Below, piece after piece: positions 8,123-16,312 of a stretch of 26,786 nt of DNA. The stretch is from a virus. Its lineage: Duplodnaviria > Caudoviricetes. The DNA lies in the IMG/VR virus record IMGVR_UViG_3300033067_001421, positions 1 through 26,786 of that record; one strand, 5' to 3'. The position numbers were made by a program, and so were the translations under genes. Every line of letters starts with the position of its first letter. Within the stretch, counting starts at the first letter, position 1. The notes under the pieces were generated by a model, which saw only the letters and a program-made list of their open reading frames with translations, made no database searches and was not told the DNA's origin.

Positions 8123-9451
8123 ATGTCCAAGCAATTTGTAGCACTGTCCGAAATCGTGATCGAGTCTCGTCAGCGGAAAGAATTCCCTGAGAGGGAGAAT
8201 CAGAACCTTCAGCAATCAATTCAGAATATCGGCCTGCTTCAGGCCCCGGTTTTGGAAGAGGTCGATGGGAGGTTCATTCTCCGAGCAGGTGAGCGTCGTG
8301 TACGGGCTGTGAAGGACTTGGCTGACTTCGGGCAGGCCATTCGATACAACGGACAGGCAGTTGAACTCGGCTTCATCCCCTATACCAGCTGGAAAACCCT
8401 TACCCCATACCAGCGACTCCAGATTGAAGTCGATGAAAATCAGCAGCGGATTGGTTTCAGTTGGCAGGAAGCGGCAGCGGCTATGAGTAAGTTGGCTGAA
8501 CTGCGGGTGCTGGAATCGCAGATCAACAATACCCCGGCGCCAACAACCAGGAACTTGGCGATTGAAGCCTACGTGACAGGAGACAAGCCAATGCACCCAA
8601 CGGCTGCCCTCGATCGTGCAAAGACCGAATTGATCCTGGCCAAGCACCTGAACAATCCGGCGGTAGCTGCAGCTAAAACCGCCAAAGAAGCACTTCAGAT
8701 TCTACGCAACCAAGAAAGGACAAAGGCCAACACCCGACTGGCGGAGATTACCGGTGGCTTGCAGAAATCGGAGCGGTTTAAGCTCCATTATGGTGATGCA
8801 AAAAGGTGGGCAGGAGAACAGGAACCACAACAATTCGACGTGATTCTGACCGATCCTCCCTATGGTATGGGTGCGGATAACTTTGGTACTGCCGAAGATG
8901 GAAGTGCAACAGCGCACAGTTATGCCGACACAGCGGAAGTGCTTGACGCAATTCTGGCTTGGTTTCCTGATGAAGCCTTTCGACTGGCCAAGGAGCAAGC
9001 ACACCTCTACGTCTTCTGCGATCTGGACAAATTCTACGATTGGAAACATTGTCTGACGGAAGCTGGCTGGACAGTCTTCCGCACTCCGCTTATCTGGGTA
9101 AAGCCCACCGGATTTCGTACCCCATGGATCGACAGTGGGCCACAACGTAAGTATGAGTTGATTGTCTATGCAAAGAAGGGCGGGAAAAAAGTAAATATGG
9201 TGGCTGGTGATGTTATCCAGATACAGTCTCCTGGAGCTGGCCTCGGGCATCCGGCGGCGAAACCGCCCGCTGTCTTTGTGGAACTGTTGCGCAGATCTGT
9301 CCGTCCTGGGGACAAAATCTGGGACCCATTCTGCGGCACCGGACCAATTTTTACAGCGGCACATCAGATGAATTGCTTTGCTGTTGGGAATGAGCTGATG
9401 GCAGAGTACTATGGACAGTCACTGAAGACGATTGAAATTCTGGAGGGGTAA
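8123..9451 (+). CDS. ParB-like domain fused to a beta-class N6-adenine/N4-cytosine DNA methyltransferase
   Basis: N-terminal GLLQAP and AGERRVRA (ParB/Srx GxRR). C-terminal TDPPYG, HPAAKP and DPFCGTG in beta-class order. Confidence 0.88.
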   Translation: MSKQFVALSEIVIESRQRKEFPERENQNLQQSIQNIGLLQAPVLEEVDGRFILRAGERRVRAVKDLADFGQAIRYNGQAVELGFIPYTSWKTLTPYQRLQIEVDENQQRIGFSWQEAAAAMSKLAELRVLESQINNTPAPTTRNLAIEAYVTGDKPMHPTAALDRAKTELILAKHLNNPAVAAAKTAKEALQILRNQERTKANTRLAEITGGLQKSERFKLHYGDAKRWAGEQEPQQFDVILTDPPYGMGADNFGTAEDGSATAHSYADTAEVLDAILAWFPDEAFRLAKEQAHLYVFCDLDKFYDWKHCLTEAGWTVFRTPLIWVKPTGFRTPWIDSGPQRKYELIVYAKKGGKKVNMVAGDVIQIQSPGAGLGHPAAKPPAVFVELLRRSVRPGDKIWDPFCGTGPIFTAAHQMNCFAVGNELMAEYYGQSLKTIEILEG

Positions 9452-9453
9452 GA

Positions 9454-9660
9454 GTGAAGAATCTTTGGCGAGATGCGGTGATAGAAAGGTTGATAAACTG
9501 CGGTGCTTATCAGCGTGTACACCATTTTTGGCCTGCTAAGGCCCTTGACGATCTTATTGAGCAGGAGGCTAGAATAGCTCTTGACCCGGCTGTAAGTAAA
9601 GAGGCCAGAGATTTACTCTACACAAACCCGCCAACTGTTCCACAGGAGAAGCTTAGATGA
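9454..9660 (+). CDS. Conserved small phage protein (W..AV...P..AL...ALDPAVS motif)
   Basis: GGAGG RBS, GTG start, ATGA overlap with the polymerase gene. Confidence 0.65.
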   Translation: MKNLWRDAVIERLINCGAYQRVHHFWPAKALDDLIEQEARIALDPAVSKEARDLLYTNPPTVPQEKLR

Positions 9661-12173
9661 GCACACTAGGAGTTGGGCCCTCCGACGCCCGTATTATGAT
9701 CGTGGGTAACTGCTATTCTGATGAGGACACTCGGGCCTGTGCGCCATTCCAAGGTGCAGCGGGAATGGAACTCAGTCGTATGCTGCAGGACGCGAAGATC
9801 ATGCGGAGTGAGTGTTATCTCACTAATGTCATCAACGCGCAGCCTAGGGGTGGTAGACTGGACAGCATGGTCGCTTACCGGAAAGGAGACATAACCCCAC
9901 AGCACACCATGTTGCGGGGAAAGTATGTGCAGGTTCCACTGGCCAAAGGATTCGATAGGCTGTTGCAGGAAATTGACCTGGTGAAGCCTAATATCATTGT
10001 CTCCTTGGACACAGTGCCGACTTGGTTGCTTACTGGAGCGGAGTCCATTACGAAGTGGAGGGGAAGTCACCTTCGAATGACGACAGAAGGGGGACCAGCT
10101 AACTTCGGAAACACCGGAGAGCTGACCCCAAAAGTCATCCCAACCTACCCCCCGAGTTGGGTTCTGGCGCAGTGGCAATTGCGACCACAGGTCATCGAAG
10201 ACTTGAAGAGGGTGAGAAGAGAATCTGGAAGTCGGGTGTATGAACAGCTTCCGAATTGGAACTTCACTGTACGGCCGACGTTCGAGGAAGTCTGCAACAC
10301 CTGCTCGTACTTGCTGCATACTCTTGACTGCGCACAAGGACAGCGGGGAGAAAAGGTTTGGATCGAACTCGACCTTGAGACACGGGCTGGACACATTGCT
10401 TGCCTGGGAATGTCGTGGTCCCGCAGCTCAGCCATCTGCATCCCGTTCATGTGTGTGGAGGATATTCGTGGTTATTGGAGTGTATCGCAGGAAGCCTCCA
10501 TCATCCACATGCTAAGGGATATTCTACTCCACCCCAATGTGGCAGTGCGGTGGCAGAATGGTCTGTATGATGCTCAATACACCTGGAGACACTGGCACTT
10601 TGTTCCGAGAGGGGTACAGGATACAATGATCTCACATCACACGGCGTTCGTCTCCTTGCCGAAGTCCCTCGCTTTTCAATCGTCGATGTACAGCCCACAC
10701 TACGTTTACTGGAAAGACGACGGCAAAACCTGGGAGCCAAGCCAGCCTGAGGCTAAGTTGTGGGAGTATAACTGTGTTGACTGTGTTCGCACCCGGGAGG
10801 TTGGGGAAGAGGAACTGCGCATTCTCAAAGAACTGAATCTAACCAAAGTCGATGCCTTTCAGCAGAAACTCTTCTGGCCGGTGCTGGAAGCAATGAAGAT
10901 TGGGGTTCGGGTGGATGAAGTGAGGCGTAAGCAACTCGCAACGGAAATCCAAACGGAGATTGACTCCAGAAAAGCCTGGTTGCGGAAGGTGTTGGGACAG
11001 GAACTTAACCTGGCATCTTCACAGCAGATGCAAGACCTGTTCTATCGCAGACTGGCACAACCTCCGGTAATGTCCAGACCGAAGCGAGGCTCCGCCATGC
11101 ACGTAACGTGTGATGATGAAGCACTGCAAACAATCGCCAAGCGCGAGCCATTGTTAAAGCCTATCGTTAATGCCATAGCAGATGTACGGACACTCCAAGT
11201 TTTTATCTCGACGTTTATTCAGGCCGAAGTAGATCGGGATGGTAGAATGCGGAGTTCGTTCAACATTGCTGGCAGCGATAGCGGGAAATCTGCACCATAT
11301 ACGTATCGACTAAGTTCCTCGAAAAATGCGTTTGGCGGTGGGTGTAATTTTCAAAATATCCCCTCGGACAAATCGAAGTCAGCGGGCAAGGCCATTGCTC
11401 GTGGGATGACGTTTAAACTCCCGAACATGCGTTCTATGTATGTACCAGACCCAGGCTATACCATGTTCGACATGGACTTGGATCGGGCAGATCTCCAGGT
11501 TGTGGTGTGGGAAGCTGACGATGCGATGCTCAAGGCAGCACTACGTATGGGAGCTGATATTCACTTGCTTAATGCTTATGCCCTGGACGGGAGGGAACCA
11601 CCTCCGCTGGAGGAGTTGGTTGAGACCCACCCGAAGTATCCCGATCACCGAGGTCCGCGTAAGCATAAGCGGGAGTTTGCTAAGGTGTTCTGCCATGCAA
11701 GCAATTACGGAGGTGGTGCTCGTACAATAGCCGTTGCTACTGGTAATACGGTAGCAGAAATTGACCGAGCACAACAGATCTGGTTTGGCGCCCACCCAGG
11801 CATTAAACAGTGGCACGATCGTACTCTGGAACATATTCAGAAACATCGCTTTGTGGAGAATCGCTTTGGCTATCGCTGGAATATTTTTGACAGACTGGAC
11901 AGGGCACTACCACAAGCCTTGGCCTGGACACCGCAGTCGACCGTAGGTATCTACATCAACAAAATCTGGGACGCAATAGTGGAACAAATTCCAATGGTGC
12001 AGGTACTGATCCAGGTACATGACTCGTTGGTGGGGCAGTTTCCTACGATGTTTACCAACGAGTGTAAGAGGGGAATTGCTGAGGCCAGTCGTATCATTAT
12101 CCCTTACGACGATCCACTGATAATCCCAACTGGAATGAAGACGAGTTTAATTAGCTGGGGACATTGCGAATGA
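9657..12173 (+). CDS. polA: Family A DNA polymerase with N-terminal uracil-DNA glycosylase-like domain and 3'-5' exonuclease
   Basis: UDG family 4-like N-terminus (GPSDARIMIVG, PFQGAAG, YLTNV, KPNIIVSL, WRGS). Exo motifs DLET, NGLYD, YNCVD. Polymerase motifs RLSSS, NFQNIP, DLDRADLQ, REFAKVFCHASNYG and QVHDSL. Confidence 0.93.
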   Translation: MSTLGVGPSDARIMIVGNCYSDEDTRACAPFQGAAGMELSRMLQDAKIMRSECYLTNVINAQPRGGRLDSMVAYRKGDITPQHTMLRGKYVQVPLAKGFDRLLQEIDLVKPNIIVSLDTVPTWLLTGAESITKWRGSHLRMTTEGGPANFGNTGELTPKVIPTYPPSWVLAQWQLRPQVIEDLKRVRRESGSRVYEQLPNWNFTVRPTFEEVCNTCSYLLHTLDCAQGQRGEKVWIELDLETRAGHIACLGMSWSRSSAICIPFMCVEDIRGYWSVSQEASIIHMLRDILLHPNVAVRWQNGLYDAQYTWRHWHFVPRGVQDTMISHHTAFVSLPKSLAFQSSMYSPHYVYWKDDGKTWEPSQPEAKLWEYNCVDCVRTREVGEEELRILKELNLTKVDAFQQKLFWPVLEAMKIGVRVDEVRRKQLATEIQTEIDSRKAWLRKVLGQELNLASSQQMQDLFYRRLAQPPVMSRPKRGSAMHVTCDDEALQTIAKREPLLKPIVNAIADVRTLQVFISTFIQAEVDRDGRMRSSFNIAGSDSGKSAPYTYRLSSSKNAFGGGCNFQNIPSDKSKSAGKAIARGMTFKLPNMRSMYVPDPGYTMFDMDLDRADLQVVVWEADDAMLKAALRMGADIHLLNAYALDGREPPPLEELVETHPKYPDHRGPRKHKREFAKVFCHASNYGGGARTIAVATGNTVAEIDRAQQIWFGAHPGIKQWHDRTLEHIQKHRFVENRFGYRWNIFDRLDRALPQALAWTPQSTVGIYINKIWDAIVEQIPMVQVLIQVHDSLVGQFPTMFTNECKRGIAEASRIIIPYDDPLIIPTGMKTSLISWGHCE

Positions 12174-12313
12174 AACCAAAACTGTGGAGAAAGAAGGGAT
12201 GGTGGTTCTGCAGCTACTTTCCAAACTCAACCTATGCTGATCGAGGTAGGGGTGTAACACCTTTCCTGGCTTGGTATAGTTGGAAGTACAGAACTTTCAT
12301 GGAACCAGTATGA
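12170..12313 (+). CDS. Small 47-aa Trp-rich protein (not in ORF track)
   Basis: Hand translation: MKPKLWRKKGWWFCSYFPNSTYADRGRGVTPFLAWYSWKYRTFMEPV*. ATGA overlaps with both the polymerase stop and the next start. Confidence 0.7.
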   Translation: MKPKLWRKKGWWFCSYFPNSTYADRGRGVTPFLAWYSWKYRTFMEPV

Positions 12314-13515
12314 ATGCGCAACATAAACGAAATTTCCCCTCATGGATTGACGCCTACGTAGATTTCGCTGCCCACACAGAGGCACCGCGATTGATGCATT
12401 TCTGGGCTGCTGTGTGGGCAATAGCAGGCGTCCTGCGAAAACGGGTCTGGATGGATCAGGTTGCTTTCCGTTGGGTGCCAAACTTCTTTATCATTTTTGT
12501 AGCTCCTCCAGGAATTGTCTCCAAGAGCACGACAGCCGGTTTTGCGGAGTCGTTTCTCAAAGAGGTTCCTGGAATTAAGTTTGGTCCAGATGTAGTTACG
12601 TGGCAATCGCTTGTTACTTCTTTCGCCAATGCCTGTGAAACGTATGAGTACCAAGAAGAGCATTACCCAATGTCCCCACTCAATCTCTGTTCCAGTGAAT
12701 TCGGCAATCTCATCGACTTTCAGAATAAAGAAATGGTCAACCTCTTCATTGATCTCTGGGACGGTCGAAAGTCTCTGCGTAAGGATACCAAAGCAAGTGG
12801 CTGTGATATAGTTGAGGGACCGTGGATCAACATGCTTGGCTGCACCACACCAAACTGGATAGCAAATAACTTACACGCAGGCATAGTTGGTGGCGGTTTC
12901 ACAGCACGTTGTGTTTTCGTACATGCTGATGCGAAGGAACGTTTCATCCCGTATCCAAAGTATAATTTCCCAGAGCAACGAGACGACACTATACTGAAGC
13001 TGACCCAAGACCTGGAACACATCTCGGTAACACTTTGTGGCGAGTATGAGTTGAGTGCGGAAGCCCGAGCATGGGGAGAGGCTTGGTACAAAGCTCACTG
13101 GAAGATGGTGGCCTCAAGCTGGAAAGAAGAGTGGCTCTCTGTGTATCTTGCGAGGAAACAGACACACTTACACAAGCTTGCTATGATTCTGGCAGCATCA
13201 CAACGCGATCAACTTGTGCTTACGAAAGGGGATTTGGAGCTGGCTGATCTCATGCTGACAGCAACTGAGGCGGGCTATCCAAAAGTCTTTGCTCATGTAG
13301 GGAAGACTACCGAAGCGGTTGAAGCTGATAAGCTACTTGACTACATTCGCTCAATGGGAGATGCTTCCTACACACAGGCATTCAAGATTCTCCACAACGC
13401 ATTTCCACAAGCAAGGGATTTGGAGGGAGCCATAACCGGATTAATTCGCGCCGGTTGGGTAAGTTTAGTTCAACGCGAATCTGGTATGTATTTGGTTTAT
13501 AACAAGGAGATTTGA
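12310..13515 (+). CDS. DUF3987-like P-loop NTPase, putative replicative helicase
   Basis: Variant Walker A APPGIVSKST, Walker B-like LCSSEF, DLWDG, MLGCTTP, GGFTAR, and a probable C-terminal winged helix. Start moved to the ATG at 12310. Confidence 0.7.
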   Translation: MNAQHKRNFPSWIDAYVDFAAHTEAPRLMHFWAAVWAIAGVLRKRVWMDQVAFRWVPNFFIIFVAPPGIVSKSTTAGFAESFLKEVPGIKFGPDVVTWQSLVTSFANACETYEYQEEHYPMSPLNLCSSEFGNLIDFQNKEMVNLFIDLWDGRKSLRKDTKASGCDIVEGPWINMLGCTTPNWIANNLHAGIVGGGFTARCVFVHADAKERFIPYPKYNFPEQRDDTILKLTQDLEHISVTLCGEYELSAEARAWGEAWYKAHWKMVASSWKEEWLSVYLARKQTHLHKLAMILAASQRDQLVLTKGDLELADLMLTATEAGYPKVFAHVGKTTEAVEADKLLDYIRSMGDASYTQAFKILHNAFPQARDLEGAITGLIRAGWVSLVQRESGMYLVYNKEI

Positions 13516-13516
13516 G

Positions 13517-13813
13517 ATGGACGAGCAAACAGCGGAGCATTTTCTAGCTGAGGCAGAAAGAACTTTGGCAAAACGTAGTGTAGATTACGACAGTCTAACA
13601 GGAGAAAGAAGTATAGAAAAGACTGTAGCCCTATTTAATCTTCGCACCGGGCACAAGCTTACCGAAACTGAGGGGTGGATATTTATGGGATATTTGAAGG
13701 ATGTGCGACAAGATGCGACCGAGGGCTTGCATTATGACTCAGCCGTTGATCGGGTTAGCTATGCAGCGCTGGAAGCTGAATCTAGGGTACGGGCGCGTTT
13801 GAACACGAAATAG
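13517..13813 (+). CDS. DUF6378-like protein
   Basis: Pattern R..DYD...GERS...F...TG..L.E.EGW.FM..LK.VR...H.DS..D...YAAL..E. AAGGAG RBS. Confidence 0.7.
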   Translation: MDEQTAEHFLAEAERTLAKRSVDYDSLTGERSIEKTVALFNLRTGHKLTETEGWIFMGYLKDVRQDATEGLHYDSAVDRVSYAALEAESRVRARLNTK

Positions 13814-13822
13814 GGGTATTCT

Positions 13823-14134
13823 ATGGACACGGAACTAGCGCCTTTTACGAAAGAACTCTTCCAACTCCTAGGAATAATCGAACCGGCGGGTGTTGAACAT
13901 GCCTGTTTGATCTCTCCCCTTGATAGAAAACCAGCCCGAGCTAAGCAGAAGCCACGAAATCCACAACAACCTGGATGTGTGTCTTTTTGGGGATCGACCT
14001 GGGGTTATCGCATAGCCTATAGTGGAGTTCGGGTAAGCAAAGGTGGATTCCCTACGGAAGAAGCTGCTCGAAAAGCTGTACTCGAAAGGTTCCATAAGAT
14101 GGTTGAGGAATTTGGGGAGTTTGGAAAAGACTGA
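13823..14134 (+). CDS. Protein with C-terminal AP2-like DNA-binding domain
   Basis: GCVSF...WGYRIAYSGVRVSKGGFPTEEAARKA...FGEF resembles the AP2 domains of phage HNH-AP2 proteins. Confidence 0.55.
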   Translation: MDTELAPFTKELFQLLGIIEPAGVEHACLISPLDRKPARAKQKPRNPQQPGCVSFWGSTWGYRIAYSGVRVSKGGFPTEEAARKAVLERFHKMVEEFGEFGKD

Positions 14135-14146
14135 CCACACCAAACA

Positions 14147-14185
14147 GGAAAAGAAAAGGCCCTCCGAGAAGGGCCTTTCTCTTTC
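14147..14185. terminator. Bidirectional intrinsic terminator between the convergent arms
   Basis: AAAGGCCCT-CCGAGA-AGGGCCTTT hairpin flanked by an A-rich and a T-rich tract, between stops at 14134 (+) and 14198 (-). Confidence 0.85.
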
Positions 14186-14197
14186 TACTACGAAGCT

Positions 14198-15895
14198 TTA
14201 GTAAGGTGTTATAACAGCTCCACCACTTGTCGATTCTTCCAAGAAGCATCCATACGTAGTATGATCACGCACGAAAACTCTAGCCGAGGTGCCGGCGACG
14301 ATGTCGTAGTGAGACAAACGCCCCACACAACTGTCCATCCAAGCATCAAGACTATTTAGAAAATAAAAGTTGGAGGGGGCAAACCCAGAATCACCCAAAG
14401 ATTTAAAACTTCTGGTACCTACCAACCAGCATTGAGTTGTGTCTGTTACCGGAACTACGTTTGCTCCACGATTACTGTAGTAAGTTCCATTAACGTCAAT
14501 CCCCATCATACCATCGTGGATTGTCCAGCCATTACAAGAGGTCTGTGTAGGGTCTCCATTGGCATAACCTACGCAGTCTAAAGTTAGCATTGTCGGGACA
14601 TTAGCGCCAACTGCATGTCCGTTGAAACCATCGACGTAAGCGTGGGCTGCCGTGCAGCGAACAAAAACACCAAGATTGTAGTCTTGAAGTGGCATTGCGT
14701 TTACCACACTGGCTGAGCCACCCTGCCACTTAAAATCGCAATCTACGAAGCAAACGGTATCAGCTGGACGCCCCTTAACTTCATGATTGCCACCCCAGAA
14801 TTGAATGCCCTCGACATAGGTTGCTGCAGAAGTTGCACCAAGCCTAATTCCAAGGACAGAAATTTCAACCCAGGTATTAGCATTAGAAACTACGGCATCA
14901 TCCGCTCGATTGACGTAGACAACGGTGCCGTCAGTATACCAACTGTTTTGCGTACTATTGCAAGTTGCAGCACTAGCAACTTTAGTCAACTCAGTTACAT
15001 CACCATTATCGTCTAGAGTCGCGATTACGTCCAATACACGCAAAGCGGAAGTACGTGTTGCGGTATAGCAATTTGTGTAGGTGCCGTCAAGTGTCCATGT
15101 CAGCGCATCGTGCATTGAAAGTAGAGGACGATTACTTGGGCCATCATCATACCAGCCACGCAACCACAGAGGCTGTGTTGGAAGCGTTGCATTCCAGGAA
15201 TCGTTGCGGACATAGGTTCCTGACTGAACAACAATCTGATAACCTGCTCCCAGAGAATTTCCATACGTAATTGCGGCATCGACTCCCTTCTTGGCGTTAG
15301 AAAAATCTCCGAGATATGCCCCAACTCCAGTGTTTGCGTCATTACCAGTTGTTGCTACATGGATGATTCGAGCTAGAGGAGCAGCCTTTGCGGTAGCAGG
15401 AATCAGACTAGGATAGTCATATTCCCAACCAATTGTTTGGTCCCCATTTTTATACACTTTTAGTTGAGAACCAAGTTTGCTGAAGTCAAATAGAAAATCA
15501 GCTGGGGGTGTTAAGAAACCGAGGAAGCCGCCCAAGGTAGCATGACTTACCGCATGATCCTCAGCCGAATAAGCTCCTCTCTCAGAACTAGAGCTAGTTC
15601 CTTGATTGACTCCGATGGTAGCTGTTCCTGATGTGTAGGAAGTTACGTTTAACCGAATGGCCGTTACTGGGTAGCGTAGGTTAAACGAAGCTGAAGCAGT
15701 TTCATCCACCAGCTCCGTTGTGAATACAAATGGAGTCACCGTGGGGTCTTGAATGTTACTCAGAGTAAACTCGACGGTATAGGTGAGTGTGTCAGTTACC
15801 GTGACACCAATTGTTGCGTTAAAGCTGGGTTGTTTGTCATCAAGCGGAATCCAAGGGGAAGTGGTAGCCGACCCCACAACTTTTTCGGTGTACAT
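14198..15895 (-). CDS. Tailspike / receptor-binding protein with pectin-lyase-like beta-helix
   Basis: HVATTGNDANTG motif that typically precedes beta-helices, repeated DGFNGH / NGWTIH coils, and a small N-terminal beta domain. AGGAG RBS. Confidence 0.7.
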   Translation of the reverse strand: MYTEKVVGSATTSPWIPLDDKQPSFNATIGVTVTDTLTYTVEFTLSNIQDPTVTPFVFTTELVDETASASFNLRYPVTAIRLNVTSYTSGTATIGVNQGTSSSSERGAYSAEDHAVSHATLGGFLGFLTPPADFLFDFSKLGSQLKVYKNGDQTIGWEYDYPSLIPATAKAAPLARIIHVATTGNDANTGVGAYLGDFSNAKKGVDAAITYGNSLGAGYQIVVQSGTYVRNDSWNATLPTQPLWLRGWYDDGPSNRPLLSMHDALTWTLDGTYTNCYTATRTSALRVLDVIATLDDNGDVTELTKVASAATCNSTQNSWYTDGTVVYVNRADDAVVSNANTWVEISVLGIRLGATSAATYVEGIQFWGGNHEVKGRPADTVCFVDCDFKWQGGSASVVNAMPLQDYNLGVFVRCTAAHAYVDGFNGHAVGANVPTMLTLDCVGYANGDPTQTSCNGWTIHDGMMGIDVNGTYYSNRGANVVPVTDTTQCWLVGTRSFKSLGDSGFAPSNFYFLNSLDAWMDSCVGRLSHYDIVAGTSARVFVRDHTTYGCFLEESTSGGAVITPY

Positions 15896-15925
15896 AAAAT
15901 CTCCTATCAGTTGAATAGCAGAAAA

Positions 15926-16279
15926 TTACTTCAAATGATCTTTGACCCAAAGGTATAAAGCGGCGATCCCCGCCACGATTGGAATAAAGAACTTGAACGC
16001 AGTTATCATAAACTTGCTCCCTTTATACAGCTCAAGCAACTCATTGACTAAATCCTTCGTTGCTTTTGTCTCAGCGATGTGGACAACAAAATCATCATGG
16101 AACTGCAACATCATATGATCTTGTGCATCAATGCGCTCGAAAATCCTTTTCTCAAGTGCGATGAGTTCCCGTCGCCGCTCGAGACCGTTCCAACAAGTAC
16201 CTTCGTCTGAGCAAAGCTCCATTCCGGGCCTGGAGTTGGTGATAATGAAACGACTGTTTGGGTCTTGGTTTGGTTGCAC
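15926..16279 (-). CDS. Holin-like membrane protein
   Basis: WNGLERR motif, a coiled coil and a single C-terminal TM segment (FFIPIVAGIAALYLWV) with a basic tail. AAGGA RBS before the GTG. Confidence 0.5.
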   Translation of the reverse strand: MQPNQDPNSRFIITNSRPGMELCSDEGTCWNGLERRRELIALEKRIFERIDAQDHMMLQFHDDFVVHIAETKATKDLVNELLELYKGSKFMITAFKFFIPIVAGIAALYLWVKDHLK

Positions 16280-16312
16280 TTGGTTTCCTTTTTGTAATTA
16301 GATAACTGTAAA

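Noticed and set aside
8702-10394. Long antisense ORFs (8702..9364, 9666..10394) and similar shadow ORFs elsewhere, e.g. 19127..19804
   Set aside because: They overlap well-supported genes on the opposite strand and have no motifs or RBS.
9657-12173. DpoZ / Z-genome or deazaguanine modification system
   Set aside because: No purZ, datZ, dpdA or que/fol genes were recognised in the window.
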